From: Camelus dromedarius
Taxonomy: Eukaryota
Length of the DNA stretch: 64,000 bases
Assembly: GCF_036321535.1 (NCBI RefSeq)
Contig: NC_087437.1
Location: 70,930,001-70,994,000 of the forward strand
Direction: 5' to 3'
Position 1 is the first letter of the stretch; every line of letters begins with the position of its first letter. Shown here piece after piece: positions 27,515 through 40,779 of the stretch. The position numbers and the translations under genes are program-made. Under the pieces are notes generated by a model. That model worked only from the letters and a program-made list of their open reading frames with translations. It searched no databases and was not told the DNA's origin.

Positions 27515-27886
27515 GTAAAACCTCCACTAGTATTTTTCCAGACCATGTTAAAACTCTTAAGGGGGGAGAAAAAGGATGCTTTCTTGGATAATGTCAACCA
27601 TACGTAGCTCAAGCTGTCTAAAGTTCTGGGACAGGGTCTTTTTATGCAGCCAACAGAGTCCAAATGTGGTGCTGTTTGCTCGGCCCATATGCTTTCATGT
27701 GTTCCCAGTTAGGCCATTACTGGAGGGAAAAAAACAAGAATCAGCTTGTTTTAAAACAAGGGACATACTGGACTCTCTCCCATCCCCCCCAGAAAAAAAA
27801 AATCAAGTTATCTTTAACAGATTCTAAAAATGCCTTTTCCCAAATATGCAGTCAGTTCCTTCAAAGGGCCCTTTGTTTATTTTCAG

Positions 27887-28074
27887 GAAGAAACCCAAGA
27901 CAGCTGAAAACCAGAAGGCATCTGAGGAGAATGAGATTACTCAGCCGGGTGGATCCAGCGCCAAGCCGGGCCTTCCCTGCCTGAACTTTGAAGCTGTTCT
28001 GTCTCCCGACCCAGCCCTCATCCACTCAACACATTCACTGACAAACTCTCACGCTCACACCGGGTCATCTGATT
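27887..28074 (+). CDS. ZBTB20: ZBTB20 coding exon (188 nt), long-isoform N-terminal extension
   Basis: Acceptor tttattttcag|G, donor GATT|gtgagt. Translates [62 protein letters not shown], recognisable as the ZBTB20 N-terminus. Confidence 0.96.
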
Positions 28075-30454
28075 GTGAGTACACCACTAAGGTGATGGTG
28101 TCTTTGCGGGGCTTGGAGCTGGCTTCTCCGCTGGGTTCGGGCTTTTTTGCATTCAGAGCAAGCTGTTTCCATTTGGTCTTCTAAAGTAGCCAAAAGTAAC
28201 TTGCCACCATTTTGAGTCAGCCAACATCTATATTTTCAAAGCTCGGGTGTGTTTTAAAACCAGGTAACCAGCCCTGTGGCCTCAAAAGGCTGATAAACTA
28301 CATGAACCACTTTCTCTTTCATAACATTAACTCAACAACACGAGTCCATTTGCTGCTTTCTAATTATTCTTTTGTCCCCACAATCTGAATAATGGCACTT
28401 CCACCATGACGAAATTGAACAACCAAATACGGACCTCAAAAGGCCAGTTAGACCCAAGGAAATGTCCATTTTTGAGATTACATAACCCCAGTCAGCTTTG
28501 CCTTAGTTATTGTAGCTTGGCTGAATTTCTGTCTTCCCAGTTTTTAATTTATTTTGAAGTGGTTAAAGGATAGCAAAATTTACAGAAGAAAAGAGAATGG
28601 CTTCCAAGAATTCAGAAGCCACCCAGACTTCACGTAGCCAGTACGAACTCAGGTTAAAAATATTTTTTAATTAAAAAAACTGCCTACAGGCTAAATTTGG
28701 AAATGGGCAGCTTAATGAGATTGTCGCTATTGAAATCCCTCCATCGCTGTTTATTTTTACTGTCTTCCCACTAATCTGAGAGTCACTTCTTCAAATTCTA
28801 TTTTAAGAGGGTTGATAAATCACGTTTAGGAGATATTTTCTCTTTCCGAAACATAACTCAGTACTTCAGAGAGAAAGAAACACACGTGTTGACAATGGAA
28901 AGGAATGGAGTAACTTTGGAGTCCAATCCAAAGGAATATTCCTTTTAGTCTTGAGATACCCGACAGCCACTCTGAACTGGTCTCCATAACGGATGTCAGG
29001 CAAAGAGCTGCTGTATTCTTCTTTAGACTGAGAAAGATAAGACCAAACAAGTTTTATTTTCAAAAAGGTACTCCATTTGCCCTGTCCTCAAAGCAAAAAT
29101 TATTAATTAGGAAATGAGATTCTAAATCTCCTATTGTGGTTTTTCTGATGAAGCAAACGTTAAACTCTGCAAAAAGGGCGAGAGGTGAATGAGGCTGGGA
29201 CATTCCATTCCCTACTCTCTTCATTGTAATAGTCTCTAGATAAGGGGACATGACCTTGGGGTTGGGGTTGGGGTGAAGGAGGCTGGTGCTGTTCAGGGGC
29301 TGAGCTGAGACCACACTCTGGCTGTCACTAGAGAACAAACGAGAAATTAACAAGATCCAAATCTCTGCCGCTTGTGCAATTTGTACAAAGCTGCTGCTTC
29401 TATAGAGAAACTTGGGGGTCAGAGGCAGGGACTGTGTTCTGTGGCCCGTCAAAATAGTAACATCCTTGGCCTTCTTGCCTAGCAGTCTCCAGCCTAATAG
29501 TAATTACAGGAAGAACTGGAAATAGCGTGGCACGGTGCCCGTAGACATGTGCGCACTGTCCCTACCTACCAGGAAGGTAGCCTGTTCCTGCAGAGAAGGG
29601 CCTGGAGCTCCTGCGTGCAGACCTCCGACGCCTGGCTTTCTGCCACAGCTTATGGGGCAGATTACATAGAATGGCCTTAGCCCAGAAATCCCGTTACAGC
29701 AAAATGAATGTTTTGCTTAACAGAAAAAAAAGGCACTGGGCTTTGCTGATTACACTTTACCATAAGCATCCTCTGGCCAGGCCTTGGCATGAGCGTGGAA
29801 CGTGCACGAGCCACAGCCCCTTGGTGACCCCTAGGAGGCTGGTGGATCTGAGCTCAGTAAAGTATGAATGCAGTTGGAAGGAGAACAAATAGGGAGGAGA
29901 AACGTAATCTCCAGCTGTTCAGAAAGTCAATCTGATTTTGCCATTAAGATGTGTAAGCCTTCTCTGCTCCAACCTGTTGTTTAAATTGATTATACTTTTC
30001 TCCAAATATGTTTGGCTTGTAGTTTGTCCTGATTTGAGCCTACACTTAGAAGAAAATTGTTTTGAGGAAAGATTCACAGAAATCTGTCCATTTGGAGATT
30101 GCTTGAGAGAAGACAGGAAAGAGGTTTATTTTAAGCTGTTAAAATTTTTGGATGCTCTTCTTGCATTCAAGAGGATTTTTTTTTTCTACTTTCAAATGTC
30201 ATTCTTACCATAGATTAATTTAAAACCCTAATTTCTTTAAGGTAAAATATTCAGTTTCTATTTAGAACTAACAGATTTGGGGCATTTAAAAATAGTGCCC
30301 TTGACTTGTTTAGTATCTTTAACTTCAGAAACATTCCACCCGTGTGTGGTGTTCCAAGCTTTCACAAGTGCCTGAATTTTTATAGCACCTTTTTATTTGT
30401 CATGTGTTTGGCAAAATTATTTTTAGTCATGCCTTAATGGCCATTTTCCGTCAG

Positions 30455-30520
30455 TCATTATAATTCTTCCCAATTTACAGATGAGAAAACTGAGAAAATT
30501 GACGCCCAGATAGATGAATG
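30455..30520 (-). mobile_element. MIR core fragment
   Basis: cccaatttacagatgagaaaactgag. Confidence 0.6.
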
Positions 30521-32803
30521 CTGTGCTAGGTAGTTAACTTGTTCAGATACTGAGGGATGTCTGTGGATTTGCGCTCACTGTGAGCTGCCTGAATTCTCTG
30601 TTCCGAGCCCAGAAATGGCATTCCTGGCTCGAAACAGGCATCTTGACAACATGCAACTACTCATATTGGCGACGGGGTTATAAAACACGATGTGTAAGCA
30701 TCCCCACAAAAGAAAAGTCAGCTCTGCATGCACACTGGTCAGGGAGGGCAAGCCATGGCGTTGCTGCATCTGAAGGGCACGTTTTGAAGCAAAGAGGACA
30801 TCTGACCCCTTAAGTTCTCAGTTGGCTATTTAACCTGCTGAGCCTTTTCAAAACTGGCAAAAGATCCCAGTACTGTTCAAACCAAGCAGGGACACCGCTG
30901 AGAAGTGCTTTCCTCCGTGAAATGACAACGTTGATACCGCTACTGAAACCTGTGCTGCTTCGCAGTGCACCCTCTACAACCTTTTAGCAATATTCCCCTG
31001 TCACCTCCTGGTTTGTCACCTCTTCACTGTTTCTAAAAACCTCACGGTAGACAAATGCAGACGACAGCATTGAGATGAGTTTCAGTCTCAAAGGGTACCA
31101 AACCCCCAGCGTTTGACAGAACAGGTCCACGGCACAGGCTGAGGAAGAGCTGAGCCAGGCTCTCCCTTTAAATGCTAACACAGGGCTAAACCAAGTCAGG
31201 GGGCAGATGAAGCTCCCCACGGGAGAAACATTTTTCGATGACCGTGCAGCTGTAGCACATCACAGCCATGTACGTGTGATGCACGCACCCACTTTGTTTT
31301 TCCCTGGATCGGGCTCCCATTGAAGGGAGACGCGATTCTCCCCCTTTGGCCAGTCCTCCCTACTCTTGGCTGTGGAACCGCCTATTCTGAGGTCTTCATT
31401 TTGTTGGAAGCTGACATCTGTGGTTGCGTACCTTCGCGTGTTTTGCCCTGGCCTCATCAAACCCTCTGATTTTCTGTGTCCTTGCCAAGATGCACTTCCG
31501 CGTTAACAGTTTTTATTTATTTTTAATTTAACCTTTACACATTACCAAACTGTTGTGTGGGTGGGTTTAACTTTAGCGCTGGAGGTGGCATGAATCTGCC
31601 GGGGCTGAACGCCGTCAAGGAGACTGGTGGGCTCTTGCTGTGCTCCCTCCTCGCTGGCCTGCCGTCTCCCAACCCTTTGCTTAGTCCCCGAGATGAAAGA
31701 TTTTAGTACACTTGGTTCAGTGTGAACTTTGAGGCTTTTTTTTTTTTTTTTTTTTTGAGAACAAAACAAAGAGGATTTTTTTTTTATGGCAAACTCCATT
31801 AATGCCACATTAAGGCTGACATTTTAATTACCCCAAAGTCAGGAAATGCAAAGTTCAGGTTCCCACAGCAACAGAAACTGTCCCCTTGAGTGCCGGCATC
31901 ACAGCAGATTCTTCCATTGCTGATTACACAACACCGGGCGCGGGGACATTGTTTTTCATCCACGTAGGTGGAAAGGAGCACGGCTTTTATCCATTGTTTT
32001 TTTCCTGTAACTACAGTTGAGGATATGGGTCTTTAGTGGCCCTCCCCAAGCCATCTCTGTGTATTACCCTGGAACGGAAGACTGTTACAGCTCTACATGT
32101 GCACACGGACAGAATTAAAGTTGCTGTGGGAACATTAACTCTGATTTCCGGACTTCCGTGCCAGTCACATTTAAACCATAATGTTGTAATTTTTGGCATG
32201 TAATAAATGTGCATTTCATGTACACAGACAGAAAGAAGCATAAGATGTATTTTAAAGAGCAATTAATTACTAACTTTGTGATTAAAAAACATTTGGTGCA
32301 TGTTCCTTCCCATTTAGCATCAGCTGCTGGTCTTAGCCAGGCCTAATAGATGACATACTGTGTCTCATCCTGTATCTCAGATGTACTTACTGTATGTTCC
32401 TGTTCTTCTAGATAATTAATTCCCTTAGTGAAGCTGTAGGGGGAAAACAAAATGGAAGGAATATGCAAGCATGTAAATAGGGTAAAGGATATTTTGAAGG
32501 AAATGATTCATTTCTACAAATAAACCTCTCAGTCCCTGATCAGGAGCCAGAAATCTGCTAAGTGGGTGTAGACCAAGGTTTCTGGCCACCTTAGAGCGTC
32601 TGGTCCAGGGCCATCAGAACAACTTGAAAGCAGATTTCCCCCTGAATCCCCGGCATGTCCAATGTGGGAGTGTTTCCACTCTGTAATAACTTTTCAGGGT
32701 TAAGGCTTACAAAGTTATTTTACGCTGTAACAGCTTTTCAGTTTAGATTCAAACCGGAAAAGAAAAGTTGTGGGGAATCAGGTAAAACAGAGGTTTTCCC
32801 AAC

Positions 32804-33356
32804 TGTTAGGTAGTTAGATAAGTGGGGGCACTGGGCAGACAGGTGAAGGAGAGGGGGGGATGGTCTGGAAGATGGTGTTATGCCTGCTTCCAGCATAAAG
32901 GGACTTCACTTCTTCTAAATTAAAGCCAGCAAGAAACAGGTTAGAACCCGACAGCCACGACTACGCGGTAGACTTAACCGGACACGACCCAGTGCTTGTT
33001 GTATTGTAATTAACATTTTGATTTAGCCACCAACCCCCCTCCCCAGGTTTTCCTGAATACACCGTGGGTAAGGACATGTGCAAAAGGGGCCAAACATGAC
33101 TAAGCATTCCAGGGAGAAGAGCTGTCAATCAGTCAAGAGACCACCTCTAAATGGGGGTGTAAGAGAAAGGGGAGACCAAAAAACACATTTTTTTCCTCCC
33201 TTGGATCAGCCCGCCTCTTCTTCTTGGAGGTGTACTTTTCCTTTTTTAAATAAATCTTTTAAAATCTGTTTGCTACACAACGCTTTCCGTCTCCCATCTG
33301 TAAATCTTATCTTTTGAGTAAGATGAGAACTGGGGTCTTTACCTTTTGGGGTAACA
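32804..33356 (+). mobile_element. Solo LTR (553 bp), ERV class I-like
   Basis: Termini TGTTA...TAACA; perfect 4-bp target duplication CAAC (32800-32803, 33357-33360); AATAAA at 33249-33254. Confidence 0.88.
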
Positions 33357-35014
33357 CAACGAACCCCTGATTTAGAAAGTAGTGTTTTCAGTTCCTTTGA
33401 ATTTGCATCTGGTTGACCTATTTGTGTTTGAGAAGGAAGTGTTTCAAAATAACTATTTGAAGAAATTTGTGAGTAAAAGGAATTAGTAGCAATACTCTAA
33501 GGTACAGTGTGTCAGAACACAAATGCTTGAGCGTTTGTTTGAAACTGGGTGAGACAAAATATTTTTACCGAAGGGATGTGTCACCTAAACTCTCAGGTAA
33601 AGCTTTAAGAGGAGCACACTTATGGAGAATTTGAACCTCTGTTTTCGCTATTCCTTCACTATCTCTCCTGTCACAGACTCCTTCTTGTTCAGTTTGGCTG
33701 TGTATAGTATTTAACCTTTAAGAAAGAGACTTCAATTTTACAGGGCTCTGATTTGCTTTCACTCAGGCTGTCTGTACGTGTGAATGTATGTCTGTATGAG
33801 TGAAAACTGCTCAAGCGAGTTTGAAGGTCTCTTTGGCAAATTTGACTGCATGTTCAGAAAGTTTCCAATCAGAGAGCTGATTCAGTGTAAAACCTTCCAA
33901 AAACTTACTGGGGCACCTGTTCACATGAAAAGATTGGATTTCTGCTGGAGGTGCTCAGAAGGCAGTGTTTATAACTGAAGATCTCTGTTTGCAGTGCCAA
34001 AAAATGAAAAACATTTTGGCCCCCAAAAAATCTCCATAAATGTTCAAAATGTATAATCAAACAAAAGCTTCATTTGGATTCAAATGCATGTATCTCAGCA
34101 GATGTGTCTAAACTAACTGGAATCCCACAGGAGCAGCTGAACTGGATTTTGGTATGTCTTGATAACTGAAAGAGTTATTCTTAGACTTTGGAAGGACAAA
34201 AATGGTCCATCTGTGAAGAACTGTAATAGAGACATGGCAAAAAACAGCATCCTCTGAAAGAGTTTATTTATGGAATTTAGGACAAGTTGGACAATCCTGA
34301 AAACATTTTGGGGTCACACTAATTTGCAGAAGAAATAGCGCCAAAAATGGGACGAAATCAGCCACTACAGACAGTCATTATCCTACGGCCTGCTGTTACT
34401 TTCCTAATAGAGTCCACATCAGTTAAACAGTAAATAGAGCATCTTTGGTGTGACTAAATGCTCCCATTGTCCCCAAAGTGTCTTGCATTCCTCTTTATTC
34501 TACTTCCTACAAAGACTTATATATTTACCTTTTTGTTGCTAACAGTTTAAACTGTTTCCCTGCTACTTCATTAACCAAGTAAACCTCTTACTTATTAAGT
34601 ATGGATTTGTTTCCTTAAAGATAGTGTTTCCCGTTTTAAAAGTCACCGCTCTGTCTCTGAGTTAATTGATACATAATCTCTTTGGAATTACTTTCATTAC
34701 GTTTGATACCCTCTTATTTAGAGGTTTCAGTGCTTAATCCCACACTTACACATTAGAAGGCCAGTCATTTTTTTTTCATTTGCTCTAATTTCTTAGAGTT
34801 TCTACTTACTATATCTGGGGACACATTTATTTTTTAAAAATCATATTTCTTCATGTTTCATATCACAATCTACCTCTTTTTATGAAATTGCCCCTCTTTT
34901 TTTTTTTTTTTTATAAAAATTGTCCTCTCTTGATGATGCTAATTTGACTGGATTTCTTCCGTCACCACTTGATGCTGTAATTTCTGGAAGTTACTTTCAC
35001 CTCAGCCATTCGTG

Positions 35015-35405
35015 CCTTCCTTCATTTAGTCATGCACCCAATGCTGTTGAACCCCTGCTTCTGTGCCATGTCCTCAGCTAGGACTCAGGGCAAAAATACG
35101 CACAAAATATCGTCCCTTCATTTTAGGAACTCACGCTGTTCCCACACACTTTCCCCAACTTTTAAACCTGTAAAGCAGTCGTACAAATGCAGTAGGAAAG
35201 TGTTGGATGATGCACAAAAAGCTCCCAACCTCCTGAAGCAGTGGGAAGGGCTTCACAGGGCAAGTGACATTGCACCAGGACCTGGAAGGAGTCGGCGTGT
35301 GTAAAGTAGAAGAGGGAGGGAAGGGCCTTCCAGGCAGAAGGAACAGAAGCGAAACCACAGAGGCACAAAAAGAGCATGGTGTTCTCAGAAAACAGAGCAG
35401 TTCAG
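35015..35405 (-). mobile_element. L2 fragment
   Basis: ttcatttagtcatgcacccaatgctgttga...ttccaggcagaaggaacag. Confidence 0.6.
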
Positions 35406-36394
35406 TTTCCATGCTCAGACCTTCTGACGGTGTGCCTTCATTTTAATATAAACTCACAGGGCAGTTAATATTTATTTGGGTAACATTGCCTGTCGTTAAC
35501 GGTCAGCTGGGCTGAACTGCATGGCCCTTTAGAGACATTTGCTTGCCAAATAAATAGTAAAGCAAGCCACTCTTTATTTTCTAATAAGTAATAGTGCCCT
35601 TCTTTGCATGAGGTCAGTAGATGTAGGAAAGTATTATGAAGGAGCCAGTGATAATTTGTTGATGAGAGGTTCAGAATAACTTTTCTTATTGAGAGGTTCA
35701 TTCCTGGAGCCACAGAGACTCCCAGAAGTGCCATGCTGGAGTTCTGTTGTCGACTCGTGGTCCCTCCAGATTCTAGTAATCATTCCTCTGCAGAAATCCT
35801 CCCAGGTCCATTGAAAATCTGATCTCACAGCCCATTGCTCTGAGTTACATCACACCACATTAGTCTCCCAGAAACTGCATGCATGTGCTTCTGATTGTCC
35901 ACATGTGATTGCTAAGGCCGACTGCTGATTTTCAGGGCTGGAGTCTTCATCCTGCCATCTCATATCTTGCTGCAGCACATCTTTAATTCTTATCTGCAGC
36001 TGCTGGTGACAGTTTCATATGTGCTTCCTCCGCTTGTGGCAAATTTAATTACATAAAATTAGTGTTCCTCCATATCTGTCAGGCCTTCTTACATTCTGAC
36101 TTGAAAAAAAAAAACAACACATGTACTGCCCTCAGAGATGGATCATTTGATCAATTGAGAGCATGCACGAAGATTCTAAGAATGTCTTGCTTTAAGGAAA
36201 TTTCAAGTCAGATCCTTCCACCATTCACTTCACACCAGGTGCCATAGTGAGACCTCTTATTATCCCATCGGCTGAATAAGCACGTGCTGCTTTCTTTTTT
36301 GCTTTTCTTCTGCCTCCACATCCTTTGTTCTCTCTAAGGAATGTGTACCAGTTAGAACTTTTTTTATCAGCACTGAAAGAGATTGAAATTTACC

Positions 36395-36525
36395 TGGCCT
36401 AAACCTATTACCATGCAGATGGGGAAGCTGAGGCCCAAAGAGTGCAAGTGTCATACCAGAAGGTTCTCAGCGTAGTAAGTGGAAGAGCCAAAGACAGGAC
36501 CTCATTCTTTCCATCTCCACCATAC
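36395..36525 (-). mobile_element. MIR fragment
   Basis: gcagatggggaagctgaggcccaaagag...taagtggaagagcca. Confidence 0.65.
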
Positions 36526-36594
36526 CTTGCTGCCTGTTACTCAGTCTGTGTCTAAGAGAATTCCTGTTTCTGAACAAAAAAGAAAACAGGACTA

Positions 36595-37900
36595 GTCATC
36601 CATCAAGTTACTGAATGCTTTCAATGTAGAGGACCAAGCCTAGGTATTGCACAGGAGGTCGTTCTATAAACTGAAGCCCTGTGCTCGGAGACTTAAGAGT
36701 CTCATAGAGAAGACCAAATACATTCACAGCCAGACGCCCTGCAGGGTGGTTAAAGTGTATCCCTGTGTATCTGGAAGCACCAGAGCATCAGTTCACTGTG
36801 ATTCATTCTCTTAGCAAGCATGTGTAGAGTGCATCTTAGGTGTCTGGCACTACACTGAGTTTTGCAGGGGTACAGAGGTGGAGACAAACACACCCTGCCA
36901 CCAAGAATCTTAAGACTTAACTACATGCCCTCATGTCACCATTATCTTGGATAGAGGTTAGAAAATTCATAAAATACATGATAATCCAGTTAACAGAGAA
37001 GGTTCCATTTGAGCTCTCTTGAAGGCTGAATAGAATTTCCTTGGAGATGAGGCATTAGGGTAAAGTATAAGGTGTTTGCATTCTGGGGCAAAGCTGTGGA
37101 CCAGTATTAAGTAGGGGTTGCCATGATCTGGACTTGGCTTTGGGAAGATCTAATCTAGCAATAAGGTGTGGAGCATGCTTGGATGTGGGAGGAGGTGACT
37201 GGAGGGAGGACAACACCTAGGAAGCTTTGTCAGTAGTTCAGCTTGTTGGTAACCTGAAGGCGCTGGTGACAGGGGAACAGGGAGGAGCCAGGTTCAATAG
37301 ACTTTGTGGATGAGGGTGGATGGTTCCAGGAGCTGACTGTTAGACAAGGGAGAGGAAATCGTCAGAGATAATTCCAAGATATCAAAGAAAGAAGATGAAA
37401 AGAAGGTATTTAGAGAAACAATACAGTTCAGTTTTATACAGTGCTGAGTATGAGATACCCGGGGTAGACCCAGCGGGAATAACTGACATTGAGTTACCAA
37501 TAGGGTACTGGAGTAGAGCAGGAAGATTGGAAATTAGGGCTAGGACATGCGTTGGCCAAGAGGCAATATTTTAAAGCCAAGAAAGTGGAAGTAAATTTAG
37601 AGAAGACTTTGTTAAGAGAAAAAAGGAAAATAGAACCTTGGGGAATATTTACACTGAATAATAGAGAGAGAGAGCATGAAGAACCCTCGAAGGAGGGAAA
37701 GAAAATATAACCTAAAATAGTAGGAAACGTAGGACAGTGCAGAGAGATCAGCCAGGTCAGCAGTGTCAGATGCTGTAGACGTCAGGGGTTGTTCGCTTCA
37801 TGGAGGCTGTCGAGAGAACAGAGTCAGAGGCATCACAAAAATACCACTAAAAAAAAAAAAAAAAAAAAAGGTTTCAGGAACAAACAGAGGATGAATGGGA
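36595..37900 (-). mobile_element. L2 fragments
   Basis: attcattctcttagcaagcat...tctggcacta; tttgggaagatctaatctagca; gagataattccaag; tagaaccttggggaat. Confidence 0.6.
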
Positions 37901-39869
37901 AAGCAACAATTATGAACTACTTTTTAATGAAGTTTAATACTCTAAAATGAAATAATGAAGATATAATGTAAAAGCAGGGTAATGAATATTTTTATGATAC
38001 GGCAGCCCCAAGCCCACTTACAGACTGAAGAATAAAAACCAGTGTTAAGGGAGATTCTGCAATTAATTAAGCAAAGTGAGAGAACTGGACCTCACATTTT
38101 ACAGGACAATTTGGAATGATAAATATATGTAAAGGAAATTTGAAATCATTATCCAAACCCAAAGAATCAGTAATTTTATTATTTTAGATCTCTACTTCTT
38201 CCCAACATTGGTTTCTCTTCCCAGTAGCTAATAAGAACTAATATTTTGCAAGAATTGTTACATGTTCTTCGGATGACTTCACAAATATTCACTAACCTTG
38301 AGTAATCTCTGAGCATTAGGTAGAAGACAAGAATTATATACTTCAAGCATTTAAATTTTCTAAAAATTTTTAAAACAAGTTATCTCGAAGCATAATCCTT
38401 TTATAAAAAAAAAAGCCACATTCTGTGAATTTCATTCACAGTAGGTCCAATTCAAACAGTTACTAATAACTTATGTGTTGTTCTCATGTATACCTTCATT
38501 GTCACAAGACATCCTCAAGTTCGTTATTTGCTGGGCATTTTTTAACTTGTTTACTTAGTCTGTATTGTTCTCTTTGATGGTTGAAGACATCCCTGAGGCC
38601 ATGGTCCTTGGACACATAGTATCTGCAATTCCTGCTCCTTCAGGGTGGTGCTCTGGAAACAACTAAATGAAATGTTACTTTGCTCTGCTATTAAATTACT
38701 GTAAAACTAAATAAGAAAATTATTTTATCATTACTAGAAGTTATACAATGAATCACATGGAGGAATTTTGAATACAAGTCTTCATAAGTTCACAAGGAAC
38801 AATGAATTCATAGTTGACGTCAAAATGGACCTTGAGGAGTTTTTCCTTTCCTCCCCAATGCCAGAAACGAACTTCCTCCTGCTCATTTACCCTCAGTGGT
38901 TTCAGCTAGTGTCGTGTTATCAATTTTATGCCAAGATCTCATGCAATATTAGACAAGGGCATACATAATTGTTAAGAAAGCTTGGTGTGGCACATAGAAC
39001 ACCATGTGAAGAATTTCAAGAAGTGGTAACGAAATTAACTTTGTTATTCAGTGTTCTGCTATAATCATTTCCTTTCCTGTATAATCACTTATTGTCTCCC
39101 TACCTCATATCTCAAACAGTACTTAGATACAAAGGAGATTATGAAAGAAAGGTGTATATAAATTTGAGCTACAGAGCATAATCCCACGTCTCATGGAAAA
39201 TACACGTGCAAATTCTGAACTTCAACTATGAGACGTTAACCCCATGGAAAAGGAAGTATAGCCTTTTCTCGGGGAAATATCATAGGTCTCTCCAGGCTGG
39301 CCTGGGTACTTTTTTCCAATTTTAAGAAAACTCCCCTAAATCTAGCCTATTCAGTTTTATTCCTGCCCTTAAGGTCCCAGAGGGGTGACTGGATCCGAGG
39401 CTCCGGAAGCAGCCTTGGAATCCTGGGCTAACATGCTAGGCGGCAGGCAGAGCAGACTTGGTGTCCTTGGGCAGTGCCACAGGCAGAGGCTTTAAGCAGA
39501 GGGTACTGCCCTCCATCCAGAGGAGGACTTCCTGACCTGGAGGCCTTTAACTCCCCTGGCACCATGACCAGGCCTCCCTCTCAGAGTCTATGAACTTCTT
39601 AAGGGGACAGGCACACACACGTATGCATGCCTGTGTGTACTGTTCCCGGACACGAGTGTGTGGCTTTCATTAGGCTGGGGTCAGGGAACTAAGGGAAGGA
39701 AAAAGCCACTTCCCTGGAATATGTGCCCTCAAACCAAGAGGCTAAGGAGGAAAAGTCCAATGTGGACTGACTCCTGCGGCTTTTCCAGGTTCTCCACGTG
39801 CCTGCCGGGCAGGGGCAGGTGTGCTAACAGATCCCAAAAGCTATTTCTTGAACATGTTGATAATGGACT

Positions 39870-40137
39870 GAGATTTGGACTGTGTGTTGCTCTGAAATGT
39901 TTTCTCACCTCATGGTCTAGCTATTTGCCCCTTTTCATGTGAACTTCAGCCTATGCATGCAGTTTACGTGCCTTTACTTAACCTACCTGTGTTTCCATGT
40001 CCTCAGGTGCCTGATGAGAATGAAAACAGTCTCTATCTCATGGCATTACTATAAGGTTAGATGGAACGCTATATGGAAAGCCCTTAAAACAGCACCAGGC
40101 AGACAGAACTCAGTGAATCTGAGCATTAGCTATCACT
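39870..40137 (+). mobile_element. MIR
   Basis: ttacttaacctacctgtgtttccat...aaggttagatgga...gaaagcccttaaaacagcaccaggca. Confidence 0.6.
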
Positions 40138-40374
40138 GAAGTGTTTTAAATTATTAAGTAAAATGTGCTAAAATTAATGCAACATAAATGAAGTTTGTAG
40201 CAGGTGCCTCACCCTTCCTCAGAATGATGGAGACAGAAGCCGTGGGTCTGTAGGAGGGCTTGTTCCTCCCTTCAGGAGAAGACCAGGGCTCCTTGCCTTG
40301 CCCCTTCTTGGATTCAGGCCTGGGCAGGCAGGGGAGCCTCTCCATCATCATCTTGCCTTCTTTTATTCTCCTAC

Positions 40375-40565
40375 TTTTTTTTCAACAGCTTTATTGAGAT
40401 ACAGTTCACTTATTTAAAGTGTACAATTCAATGGCTTTCAGTTTAGTGTGAATATCTATTATGAGAGTTTTGCATCCTCACCACAATTTTAGGACATTTT
40501 CATTACCCTCGAAATAAACCTTGCACTCCTTAACTGGTACCTACTAATCCTTCATTCCCCTTCCC
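40375..40565 (-). mobile_element. L1 (L1M-type) 3' terminal fragment
   Basis: ttttcaacagctttattgagataca...ttaaagtgtacaattcaatgg...ttaggacattttcattacc. Confidence 0.75.
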
Positions 40566-40731
40566 CTAGTATTGCTTCACTTGTCTTGTTTTTTTCTAAA
40601 ATTGGAAGAGAGTTAATACTACGGAGCATCTACTTTGCATCTAATACATGATATCATTCTTAGAAAACATCCTGTTTTACAGATAAGGAAACTATGGCAT
40701 AGAAAATTTAAAAAAATTTTTTCTGAATGTT

Positions 40732-40779
40732 TTTTCTTGATACAGGTTTAGATCATTTTCTTGATACAGGTTTAGGTCA
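40732..40779. repeat. 24-bp tandem duplication (one mismatch)
   Basis: ttttcttgatacaggtttagatca / ttttcttgatacaggtttaggtca. Confidence 0.93.

Noticed and set aside
27846..28184. 112-aa ORF as a standalone gene
   Set aside because: Only 27887-28074 is exonic; the flanks lie beyond canonical splice sites.
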